This document shows, in pieces, positions 11,902-23,077 of a stretch of 64,000 nucleotides of DNA. The translations under genes were made by a program, and so were the position numbers. Source of the stretch: Takakia lepidozioides. Its lineage: Eukaryota > Plantae > Bryophyta. Numbering within the stretch: the first letter of the stretch is position 1; the number at the start of each line of letters is the position of its first letter. The notes beneath the pieces were generated by a model. It worked only from the letters and a program-made list of their open reading frames with translations. It did not search any database and was not told the DNA's origin. The stretch lies in assembly GCA_030704615.1 (NCBI GenBank), contig CM060732.1, forward strand, positions 82,460,001 to 82,524,000, in the 5' to 3' direction.

Positions 11902-12840
11902 ATATGCCTTCTGGACTTGTTTGGCGGGATCAGCACTGGATTGCAGGCAGGTGTACGAGTTCGACGTTACTTGTATGTGGAGAGGGATGAGACTGCACGA
12001 CGCGTCTCACTGCGCCATGTTGCTCAGTTGGTACAGCAGTACCCTGATTTGTTGCCAGTGTCTGCAGTTCGTGGATACCAACAAGCCTTGCCAACAGACA
12101 TTTCGTTGCTGGGGGCGCAGGATTTGGAGCGGGTTGGCTCCATTGATTTGGTAGTGGCAAGTTGGCCCTGCCAAGGGCATTCATCAGCCGGGCATGGCAA
12201 TGGATTGCGAGACTCGAGGACGGGTCTGTGTTTGGGGAGATGGTGCGGATTTTGCGCCACTTGCAGCTTCATCAAGCTGTATCTCCAGCATACATCTTGG
12301 AGAATGTGCCACTGATGGGTGATTCTCGGGCCAGGGTGATGGCCAGTGTGCATCAAGTCCGGTCGTGGCTTGGGTCAGCAGTGTTGCTGGATGCAGCTGC
12401 AGTGGGGTCATGGGCTCATCGTCCACGGCTATGGTGGACTAACTTGATGCCACCCGCACTGCTCAAGCGTGCATTTGATGGGGTGCAGCGGCCAACACAC
12501 CTCACAGTGGATAGCATTTTGGACACAAGGAGGCAGTCTCAATGTGTGAGACACGATGACCGTTCGCCTTTGGCAGTGGTCAACAGGGTGGGTCAACCAC
12601 GAGCAACATTACCTACACTGCTCAGCTTCCCAGGATCCCATGCTTTTCGGGATGGTGACCTGGCCTCTTGTGGGATAGCCAGTTGCAACAATTAGTGGAG
12701 CCCAATGCTGACGAGCGCGAGCGGGCGATGGGTTTTACCACAGGTACCACGGCGGTGCCATCTCTTTCTGAGGCATCACGTCGTCAGGTGTTGGGGCAAG
12801 CAATGGATCTCAATTGCTTGACCTGGATTATCAGCTTGGC
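11902..12840 (+). pseudogene. DNA (cytosine-5)-methyltransferase domain, DNMT3-like, inside pol (two frameshifts)
   Basis: Motif I LDLFGGIST, II YLYVERD, IV DLVVASWPCQGHS, VI YILENV, VIII AHRPRLWWTN, IX ERERAMGF, X RRQVLGQAMD, all in canonical (non-permuted) order. Confidence 0.92.
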
Positions 12841-13267
12841 TATGGCTGAGCAGCGCAGAGTACGGAGTACACTTCCCTTCATGGTCTCCCTGCCTACCGA
12901 GACGGTACAAACAACGAGTGGGGGCGAGCAGGTGAGGACCACGAGGTGCAGGCCGCATCCATGGCACACGTGGGAGGTGCTCGAGGTTCAGAAGGAGTTG
13001 GCAGCCAAGGCGGCGGTGATGGATCAGGTTGGGGATTTTTCTCGGATTGAGGAGGTCCTCAAGGATGGGATGATGGGGCAGGATGAGACATTGTCACTGA
13101 CAGAGGAGGCAGTGGTCACTGCTCAAGAGGTTGCAGCATAGCAACCACGGGACGCGTCTTCTACCTCTAAGCCTGCTGGACTCAAGGTTGCAGTCACGGA
13201 GGACAACTGGGAGCCTGATGTTGGACCTATAGTCACCGGAGGAGAGAGACGACGTATACGGCGGTTC

Positions 13268-14771
13268 TTGAGGGCTTACAGGAACTGCTTTGCCTTCAGT
13301 TTGAAGGACTTAGGAGCACTGAAGGGTCAAGAGATTCGCATTGAATTGGCTACTGACACGCCAATCTTTCGGAGACCCTATAGATACAGTGACATGGAGA
13401 GGTCCTTGATTCAGATGAGAACTCAGGACCTTTGGGAGGCTGGTTTGGTGGAGCTATCTGGGGAGAGTATGCTTCAGCCACAGTGATGCCAGCCAAGAAG
13501 GATGTCTTTGGCAATTGGACGGAGAGACGTATGTGCGGTGATTACCGGCCTGTAAATCGTCAGACCAAGTCCGATAGGTATGCCATGCCAACACCAGAGG
13601 AGATCTTTGATGCCATTGGGCATGCCAAGGTCTTTAGCACGTTGGATTTACGATCCGGATATCACCAGTTGCCGATCAAGGAGGCGGATAAGCAAAAGAC
13701 GGCATTCTGGGGGATCAATGAGCACGGGAAGGATTGCCTATACCAGTGGCGGTTCTTACCATTTGGGCTTAAGAACGCTCCGGCAGAGTTTCAGAGAGTC
13801 ATGGACATGATTCTAGCAGGGGTGGAGTTTGCTCGGTGCTACATAGATGACATCATCATCTTTAGTGCTACGGTGGAAGAGCATGAGAGACACCTTCAGG
13901 GGTATTTGAGCGCTTGAGGGCGCACGGATTGAAGTTACATCCGGGAAAGTGCAAGTTTTTCCACAACCAGATTGAGTATCTGGGTCACATGATATATCCT
14001 GGAGGATTGGGGGTACAGCAGACTAAGGTAGAGTCCATTGCACAGGTTCCACGCCCCACGGATGTGAGCCGAGTTCGAGCTTTCATGGGGTTAGCAAACT
14101 ATTATAGACGGTTTGTTAAGGGATTTAGTGCCATTGCAAAGGCTCTAACCAAGCTGACCAAGGTGGACCAGGAGTGGCAGTGGGAAGATGAGCAAGAACA
14201 AGCTTTTCAAGAGCTCAAGGCGAGGTTGACCTCGGCGCCCATCTTGAGACGACCTATCAGGGGGCGTCCTTTTCAGCTGCATACAGATTGGAGCATGTTG
14301 GGGCTTGGAGCGGTGCTCACACAGGTGGATGATGAGGGAAGAGAGTTCGTAGTGGCTTATGCTAGCCGCTCGAATAACGTTGCAGAGTCTAAGTATAGCT
14401 CATATGAGGGAGAATGCTTAGCTGCAGTGTGGGCCGTGGCACACTTCAGGTGCTATCTATACGGCAATCTCTTCACCCTTGTCACGGATCACCAACCACT
14501 CAAGTGGTTGATGGAGTCAGACAAGCTTACGGGGAAGCTTGCACGGTGGGCACTCATCCTTCAAGAGTATGACTTTCAGGTGGTGCATCGACCGGGTTTG
14601 GTCAATCGCAATGCAGATGGGTTGAGTCGCAATCCATGCACGAGCCAGCAGGATGACACTGGAGCTCGGTGGCATGGTGAGACGGACGAGGAGATGGTGC
14701 CCGGATGGCATGCATCTGCATTTCTGTGTATCTTGGCAGCGGAAGGCCAGTTGGACCTGCAACAGGGATGA
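13268..14771 (+). pseudogene. Gypsy reverse transcriptase and RNase H (frameshifted)
   Basis: RMCGDYRPVN, LDLRSGYHQL, PFGLKNAPAEFQ, YIDD, HTDWS...GAVL, TDHQPL, NADGLSR. Confidence 0.95.
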
Positions 14772-14789
14772 CTGTAGATCAAGTGTCTG

Positions 14790-16268
14790 AGGACCCTGAG
14801 GCCAGCAATGAGCAAGGTGGCGCCAAAGATATACATGAGGATTCAGTTGTGTTGGACTACCTCCGCACTGGAGACACTGCAGCCACTGTGACTGCCAAGG
14901 AGAGGGATCGGATCCTACAACGAGCCAAGAGGTTCAAGTGGGAGGGGACACACCTGCTCCGAGTGTGGGAGGATGGTCGAGTGAGGATTGTGCCTCACCC
15001 AACACAGCGGGCACGGTTAGTGCGGCATGCCCATGAGGAGTTGGGGCATTTTGGGGTGCGACGCACTCATAGTCTACTGCAGGGGCAGTATTGGTGGCGT
15101 GGTATGCACACAGAGGTGCAACAATTTGTGGCTAGGTGCATGGTGTGTGACAGGGTGCGTGCTTCATTCAACGCCCCTACTCCACAATTGCACCCTCTTC
15201 CGATCATGGGATTGGGCTACAGGTGGAGTCTTGACTTCGCAGGGCCGTTGCCACTGACTATGCGCCACAACAAGTACGTGTTGGTGATGGTGGAGCACTT
15301 CTCCAAGTGGATTGAATTGGTTCCATTGCCTGATAAGGCTAGTGAGGGAGCTGCGTATGCATTCTTGGATTGTGTGCTTAGCCGATTCGGTGCTCCAGCT
15401 GAGGTACTCACGGACCAAGGGAGAGAGTTCTTGGGGGAGTTTCAGGCTTTGTGTGACAAGGCCTTGATAGACCACCGCACCACTTCTCGGGATCATCTTG
15501 AGGCCGATGGCTTGGCAGAGAGAGTTGTTCAGACAGAGGGGTTTGCGCAAGTATGGCTTGCAGAAGGGACACCTAAGAGATTGGGACCTTCAGTTACCCT
15601 GGTTAGCCATGGGCTACAGGTTCAGCAAACAAGCATCACTTGCCTCCTTCTCACCATACTTTCTTCTCTTTGGCCGAGAGCCGGATTTGCCTACATCCAT
15701 TCGCAGAGAAGTTGCTACAGTTCTTAACCTTGACGATCCGGACGTGTGGGCACGTGCATGTGAGCATCGTGCAGAGTTGTTCAAGAAAGTCATGCCCATG
15801 GCTTTCGAGAACCTTGTCATTGCACAACATCGTGATACGTTGAGGTATGCTACCATACGTAGTGGGGGCTATCGTCCTGGGGTTCGGAGATTCAACCCTG
15901 GTGACTATGTTTATCTGCAGCAGACTGCTCCTACGACCTTGGATGTGACTGCAGGACGTACTATTTTGAGGGTTCGAGAGGTGTTGCCCTCAGGAGTTCT
16001 GATCTTGGAGGGTCGGGATGGCATGATTTGGAAGGACCATGTGCGTAATTGCGCGCCATGTCACCTTCCAAATGTTGATGGAAGGGTTGACCCAAACCTG
16101 ACAGTGATACCTGCAAGTTTGAGGTGCATGTTGTGTGGGTCTGCTAGAGGGGCAGCCACCATGCTGGTGTGTGATCAATGCTCTAGAGGTTGGCATATGG
16201 GATGCTTGACTCCACCTCTTGAGATGGTTCATGATGGGGATTGGTTATGTCCGCATTGCATTGGATAG
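14790..16268 (+). pseudogene. DDE integrase with C-terminal PHD finger
   Basis: HHCC (HEELGHFG...CMVC), SLDFAGP, TDQG, AER; C4HC3 finger CMLC...CDQCSRGWHMGCLTPPL...WLCPHC at 16125-16259. Confidence 0.93.
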
Positions 16269-16514
16269 TGGGAGTGGATACAACCATGGAAGGCTAACAA
16301 GAAACGCAAGGCCAAGCTACTAGGAGACCAACACACGAGATCCTGACTCAAGTTCACAGATTGCAAGACGGCAACTAACGATGGGGTTGCTCTTGTACTC
16401 AGCCTCTTGGTCTATAGAGTATGAGTACAATAGGGACAGTGATAGAGGACTTAGTACGGCTATGGCTATTACATCTTGTAGCTATCTGGAGTTAGAGGGA
16501 CCTAACCACCAGCT

Positions 16515-16521
16515 AGGGGGG
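16515..16521 (+). promoter_or_regulatory. Short polypurine tract (candidate plus-strand primer)
   Basis: AGGGGGG followed by CAAT and then TG starting repeat B1. Confidence 0.55.
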
Positions 16522-16525
16522 CAAT

Positions 16526-16610
16526 TGTGGTATAGCTTTCTAGGATTGTGTGCTTAGATTGTGTGGTGGACAACGATGTATGTTGTGGCACGATGCATAG
16601 GTGCACGACA
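16526..16610 (+). repeat. Terminal repeat B, copy 1 (85 bp, TG...CA)
   Basis: TGTGGTATAGCTTTCTAGG...GGTGCACGACA; matches 17036-17119 with about three differences. Confidence 0.93.
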
Positions 16611-16612
16611 AC

Positions 16613-17032
16613 TGTCATGGTTTTAGTCATGGTTATCTAGAATTACCTACTTCTAGTTAACTAGGACATTTTAGATATTTATATTTATATTTTGTGTGTT
16701 GGGACTTCATTTGGTCTCACATGCCAAGTGAGGTGTCGAGCCTCACTTGAGACATGGAGATAGGTTTTCCCCTTGTGAGTGTTGAGGAGGCTCATCTTCT
16801 TGTAGTTGAGCCTCCATGAGCTTCTCTCACCTCCATAGCTCTAGGTATTGAGAGGGAGTGTGTTGAGGGCTTTGTAAGGTGGATTCCTTTAGCAAAGGTG
16901 CCCTTGGCTTGACTTAGTTTATGTGATAGAGTGGATTTCACTTGGAAGGACTAGGGCTTGTTCTTCATGTGATTGCTTCATGCTTTGAGAGCTTTCATTG
17001 TCTTCTACTTCTCTCATTTCTCATCTCTTATC
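16613..17032 (+). repeat. Terminal repeat A, copy 2
   Basis: Matches 6061-6476; joined to B1 by CA-ac-TG. Confidence 0.95.
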
Positions 17033-17035
17033 TAT

Positions 17036-17119
17036 TGTGTATAGCTTTCTAGGATTGTGTGCTTAGATTGTGTGGTGGACAGCGATGTATGTTGTGGCAC
17101 GATGCTTAGGTGCACGACA
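17036..17119 (+). repeat. Terminal repeat B, copy 2 (right end of the element)
   Basis: Ends GCACGACA, followed directly by TCCA (TSD). Confidence 0.93.
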
Positions 17120-17643
17120 TCCATAATTGCTAACTTTGTGGGGTGGAAGGGCTTGTGTTAGGCTGCATCAAAGCGCACAAAGGAAGGGGGGACTGAGGCT
17201 GTGGCGAATGCTACTGGTCCACCTACGACATGGGTGCAACAAGGCCCGAATGGCCCATGGGTGCAATCCAGAGGTGGGCAAACGTGGTTGCACCAAGGAC
17301 CACCTACCTGGCAGCAGCCCATGGCCCAAGATACCATCTCTGCCCTGTGAGGTAGTTGCAAACTGTCACTACAGTCATGCCTCTGTAAACGCCCCAATTG
17401 TTTGGATGAATAGGGGCTAATTTTTTTTTTGTTGTGGCCCTGGCAGAAGAAAGAGAGAGCACGAAGTCCAAGCATCACTGAGCAAGCACATGCATCGAAG
17501 GCGGACAAGGGTTTTGGCTCCCAGTCAATTGGAGGTGCACATGTAAATGGCGTATGGGTATTTTTTTTTTTGGTTGCATTCATTTTGCTGGAGCAGTAGC
17601 CAGGCTAGGCGGACTGATTTTGTCTCTTTCTTTGGCTCTATAG

Positions 17644-19268
17644 GGAGGGGGCAGTGCGATGCAGTCTCGATTGTCGTCCCTTGAGGGCACTGTACTTGCC
17701 TTGGCAGACGTTTAGATCCCGACGATTGAGGGCGAATTGGCCACTATAAAAGCAGAAGTTGCTAAGGCTTTTGCGGACAATAGCAAAAAACTGGATGCAT
17801 TGATGGCAATGATGTTGGGAATGTCAGCAACCGCCCCTCCTCCAACTACTATCCCAATATGTAATGTTATTGAACCTTGCGATTCCGACGCAGGCTTGGG
17901 AGGCAAGACTGCTACGGAGAAGGTGGTTTGTGCACCTTCACCCCAACTTATTTTTGTGGTTGACATCCATTCAGTGTTAGTTGACTTTGAAGTTATTGCT
18001 CTGGTATGTTTTGCTTGGGTGCAGGGAGAACCTCTTGAGGTTGGGGAAAAGCCAAAGTCGTCTGCCTTTGAGGACCTTGTGGTGACCCAAGTAAAATTGG
18101 GGCGCAAGGGAATTCCTGATAAATTGCCACGTAAGAAGGGAGGTGGAGCTGGCGGGACAGCAATATTGGCTGATGGTGAGGACGTCTGCTCCACCGAGAG
18201 TGCTGGTAAAGGTGACAGTAGGGGGTTGGCAGATCAGCATATGAAGCCAACTTCCCCACAGAAAGAGGTACGCCCTCAAAGACTTTATCTTGGTTCTTGT
18301 CCTTGGGCTTTCTGTTTTTGACTATGAAAACATTTCATCAATGATCTATTTATTGGTGTGTGCCATGAATTCTATGCATCAGGTATGGTAAGACGTACTC
18401 ATGTACTATACCTTGTTGTTTTGTTGGCATGTAGAAGGGGACTAAAGCAGAGGACCCTGCCCCAGCCATCGTGAAGGGAGCTGAGAAGAAGTACATGCGA
18501 AAAGGAGAGCGTGTAACCAGAGCTACTGCTGCCAAAGGCACAAAGTCCTTGACTGATGCAAATGGTGACACGAATTCTAGCGGGAGTAAGAGTCAGGCGG
18601 GCCTTCAGGAAGCACCTCTCCATGCAGCAGTTTCCGTACTAGAGGTGAGCTTGCATGCACCTGTTGGCTATCAGTTCTGTACAATGTGGCCATTTACATG
18701 TTGGGTTCTTCAAACTATTAATAGATGCATTGCTAAATGTAACTGCTAAGGGGTGTTGGGTGTGATGTTTGCAGGCTAAGAAAGCCACTCTTGATATTGC
18801 CACCAACTACGGCGCCTTCAAAGGCAACCCCCAAATATCAACCCCCTGCCACAGTGGCAGATATTCTTATACTACCAAAAGTACTCTACAATTTGAGTGA
18901 TTGCTTATACTGGACGGTCCTCATTATCTAGTTTTCAATGTACATGTAAGTCTTCATGGGTTGATTAATGTGGGTTTTATGGTGGGTGTTGTGTGCAGTT
19001 TAAGTTGAAGGACAAAATCAGCATGTATGATCCTCATGTACCACAACACAGGGCTGCTAGTGGAATTGTCACTGGTGTGCCTGGCAAAGACACATACCAC
19101 TGCCGTGTTATACCTGAAGGATTGTGGCGGGTTGAGGTGAATGATATCTATATTGCCAATTGTGTCTTGCCTCACCCTAACGAGGAAGAGGTCCCACCGC
19201 AAACAATGTTGGAGGATGTTGTCGGTCTGAATTGTCTTTGGCTAGAGAAGAACATGAAGAGGGCTTAG
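17644..19268 (+). pseudogene. Spliced CACTA (En/Spm) TnpA-like accessory gene, 3' exons
   Basis: GT-AG introns; the last exon (AASGIVTG...HCRVIPEGLWRVEV...LPHP...MLEDVVGLNCLW) resembles the Tnp1/En/Spm-type C-terminal domain. Confidence 0.55.
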
Positions 19269-20229
19269 AATTTCATTCGCTCGGGCGTAGACATTGCTGG
19301 CAGTGAGAAGAAGGCAGGAAAACAGTTCAGTGTTCCTAGCATGCATGCAAAGATGTCGTGTAGAAGTTAGGCTCAGACTTTTATCATGGCTGGATTTTGT
19401 TGACAGTGTTCCAGCACTTACTCTCTAGGATTCTATTCTATTTTGTGGAGCTTGAATCCCCAATGGTACTTCTTTCACTACACTAGTGGGGTAGTTGCAA
19501 CGAAGAGTGGACCAAAAAGTTGAAGATGTAGCCTACATAAAAGTACATAAGATAAAAAAACAAAAATCGTGAAAAAAAAACCAAAACATGGATTCACTTG
19601 CACTATATCATGTGGAACGTCTATTGTTGGGATACTATCATTTCAAATGGGAAAAAGAAAGATGTTATGGAGGATATATGCCGTCACGTGTCGTCGGCGA
19701 CGTAATCCAAACTTGACCATAATCACAAAAGTACATGTTTTTGAAAATTTGACCTTGGGCCACCCTTCATCTATGATAAATAGTTGTATTTAATGAAGAC
19801 AGCTCATGGGGTGTTTTGGTTTTCATATTGTAAAGGACTTTATGAAAATGGCTGTTATTGGTAGGTTGATAAAGTATATAAAATTTAATTTAATGAGTAA
19901 AAATGTTAAAAAAACTCTCACACTAGATTCTTTATCATAATAGCAAGGGAGGTCCAAGTCCCTTATTCCAATTATGTTACAAAATCTAACGCATAATGAG
20001 TCCATAACAAGTTTTGTATGGACTGTAACAAAAGCTTATGGACTTTTCATAAAGTCCATCACTTCTAGAGATAACGGTTTTTGGGGGCGAGTCTGAGAAG
20101 GTAGATACTACATGTAGATAGATACAATGTTGTGAGTCCCTTTTAAGAAATTTCATAGAAATATAAGATTGTAGATCAAAACCAACAAACTATGTACAGG
20201 AAACATGACGCATTTACGTCAAAAAATGG

Positions 20230-20985
20230 ACACTGTAGGCTGCAATCACCCAGTGGTATGTGTTCCTCTAGTCATGTTCCTAATCACTTGCACATCACTG
20301 TAATAGTGGTATAATTTAAAACTGTGGGAGTAGCCAAATGCACACAATTGCCCACATTACCACTCATATAGTGGTATAAGTAATCACCTATATATTGCTG
20401 TATTAGTGGTATGGATTCCTCCAGTGGTATTCCTAATCACTTACACACCATTCTGTTAGTAATCACTCCAATCCATAGTTCCCACTCAGAGAGACACCAT
20501 GGATGACTCAAACAGCTTACATACCACTCTGTGGGTAATCATTCCAATGACATGCTGAGAGACGTCATCCACTCATATAACCACGCTGTGAATGATATTG
20601 TATATTCTCAGTTTTCATAGAATGACTATATGAGTCATTTCGTGATCACTCAACGAGTGGTTTCGGAAGTCATTGAATTTTTCACTCCATCCATTTCGTA
20701 GCACTGACACACGACACGTGTGTATGCTAAGAGTGTCGCCACGTGTCGACATAATCTCCAATATCATCCACGGACCACCGGCTTACACGTGTCCACTACA
20801 AAACGGAAGTCATTACTTTACCACTATGATACGTCAGTTTACCACTGTGACACGTCATAAGTGGTTAGTTTATCTATGTGACACGTCATTGACATGTCAC
20901 AGTGGTTAATTTACCACTGTGACACGTCAGCTAACAGGTGGACCCGGACGTGAGTGGTTCGAACCACTGTCCTTAACCACTAGTG
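20230..20985. mobile_element. Right end of a CACTA element: subterminal repeats ending in ...TAGTG
   Basis: Many ACCACT/AGTGGT and GACACGT motifs in both orientations, ending AACCACTAGTG (reverse complement of CACTA) at 20985; no left end found. Confidence 0.65.
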
Positions 20986-21349
20986 CCACGTAATGTCTTA
21001 TGGACGTCATCTCCCTAGAGTTTGCTGGCACTGGGAAAGGGTTGAGACTAAGCTGCTCAACTACTCCCTGGTCTTACAAAGTGGGTTTAAAGGGAACTTC
21101 ACATGAATTGCTAGCCCTGAGCTTCCCACGTACTAACTTTTAGACCAGTCTTCACAGTCACTCAAGCTACATTGGCAATGGGAGCATCAAGACTCTCAAA
21201 TATGGTTGTACAAGATATGGGTGGGGTTTGTGTAGGAAAAGATGTAAACAAAGTCCCGTCACTACAAATACATACAGATCCATCTGCACTTTTTCAGTGC
21301 TCAAAGACTGGCACAGGCATCAGAATACACACGAGGTTGACCTACCAGG

Positions 21350-22615
21350 CGTCACCCATTCACAATCTCCAAAGCCTCCCTGCCATACCCAGTACATAAA
21401 CAGAGTACACATAAGTTCCTCGCTTTGCATCCTCAATGCACCCACATTTGGCATACATGTCCACCAGGGCAGTGTTCAGAATGACATCTGATACAATTCC
21501 AGCTTTCGCGATGCAAGCATGTACTTCTTTGCCCTTTTCCCGGGCTGCCAGGCTTGCATATGCATTGCAAATGCACACACACGTGATGTGGTTGGGCTTC
21601 ACCCCTTCCCCCCCCCCATTATTTGATCATAGGTCTCCAAAGCCACCATCCCACATCCCTGCTGTGCATACCCTGCAAGCACCGCGTGCCACGACACCAC
21701 ATCTTGTTCAGCCATAGTGTTGAAAACTCCCTTCGCATCCTCAATGCACCCACATTTGGCATACATGTCCACCGAGGGCAGTGTTCAGAATGGCATCTGG
21801 TACAATTCCAGCTTTGACGATGTCACCATGGACCTCTTTCCCCTTTTCCAGAGCTCCCAGGCTTGCACACGCATTGCAAACACAAACAAATGTAATGTGG
21901 TTGGGCTTCACCCCATCGTGCATCATTTGCTCATAGGTCTCCAAAGCATTCCTACCACACCCATGCTTGGTAAATCCTGCCAACATTATATTCCACGTGA
22001 TCAAAGATCGATCGTTGAGGCATTCGGTTGAACACTTGGTGAGCATCCATGATGCTCCCGCACTAAACATATACATGTTGACAAGGGTGTTGAGGAGAAA
22101 AACACTTGGCGTGAATCCACTTTGGATCTTGTTGTAGAAGCTGTGGTCATGGTTGAGGTGCCTGATTTTATCAACTGTGCCGCTGCAGCAGCTGCCTTTA
22201 CATGACCATCTACCCATGCAGGTTTCTTTTAACTATAGATCCACAGGGAATCATAGGTAATCTTGTGCTTGAAATCTGGCCTTCTTGGATGAATCTGGAC
22301 TCACACTCTATCCCTGCTCCTTCACCTATCACTACCTCTGCACAAATCATGCCTACTTCCTTGCCTTGCAGCTGATAATGACAGCCTAGATTTGTTCTAG
22401 GAAACACCCAACTCAGCTTATCACACTAGTTCCTATGCTGAATTGCGTCTGCTACTCTCTGTAATCCAACAGGCATTACCTTTTTGCCTTGGTTGTCCCA
22501 CCATTGACTGCAGTCAGAAAAGTATTCATTCCACAGCTACTCCTCAATTCTGTTACGTGTTTTTTGATACTTTCCTGTTGTAACGTTGGCAGTATCATGT
22601 CAGAGTGACCTATCA
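21350..22615 (-). pseudogene. PDF(OSB)-motif plus PLS-PPR gene, degraded
   Basis: Exon LWNEYFSDCSQWWDNQGKK, GT-AG intron 22479-22295, exon IHPRRPDFKHKITYDSLWI...KPAWV, then PPR repeats (NTLVNMY, ITWNIMLAGF, GVKPNHITFVCVCNACASLGALEKGKEVH, TALVDMYAKCG). Confidence 0.8.
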
Positions 22616-22812
22616 AAGATTCACTCAACCAACTAACTTGCATAATTCAACATGGAATTTTAGGGAAAACTCCCGTGGATAATTTTGCAAAATTCTGCCT
22701 GAGAAGCAATCACATTGTGGCTAAATGGATGAACATGTCACTTTTCAAGCCCCCGCCCATTTCTTTTGGATGTAGGATTTTTGGGCGATGGGATTTCTCC
22801 AATGCAAAAACC

Positions 22813-23077
22813 ACCGCTTGCTTAGTTTGTGCCCTTATCACCAAGTATTTCTCAGTGCAAAATTTCACCACTGCTTAGTTTGTGCCCATATCACCAAATA
22901 TTTCTCAGTGCGAAATTCACCGCTGCTTAGTTTGTGCCCATATCACCAAATATTTCTCAGTGCGAAATTCACCGCTGCTTAGTTTGTGCCCATATCACCA
23001 AGTATTTCTCAGTGCGAAATTCACAGCTGCTTAGTTTGTGCCCATATCACTAAGTATTTCTCAATGTGAAATTCACT
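22813..23077 (+). repeat. 52-bp tandem repeat, 5 copies
   Basis: Unit ACCGCTGCTTAGTTTGTGCCCATATCACCAA(G/A)TATTTCTCAGTGCGAAATTC at about 22813, 22867, 22919, 22971 and 23023. Confidence 0.95.

Larger units (their letters stand above)
6061..17119 (+). mobile_element. Ty3/Gypsy retrotransposon encoding a DNMT3-like methyltransferase and PHD-finger integrase; split terminal repeats A...B-A-B
   Basis: Starts TG (6061) and ends CA (17119), flanked by TCCA (6057-6060 and 17120-17123). Domain order gag-PR-DNMT-RT-RH-IN-PHD. Confidence 0.9.

Noticed and set aside
11902-12840. Bacterial restriction-modification methyltransferase or contamination
   Set aside because: The domain is embedded collinearly in Gypsy pol within TSD-bounded ends, its motifs are DNMT3-like, and there is no endonuclease partner.
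6061-17119. DIRS/Ngaro tyrosine-recombinase element (suggested by split repeats and a methyltransferase)
   Set aside because: It encodes an aspartic protease and an HHCC/DDE integrase and has a TSD; I see no tyrosine recombinase motifs; the MTase is C5-type, not the adenine MTase-like domain of DIRS.
19476-19490. CACTAGTGG as the left TIR pairing with 20985
   Set aside because: Only 9 bp match, the 3-bp flanks differ (CTA versus CCA), and no subterminal repeats follow it.
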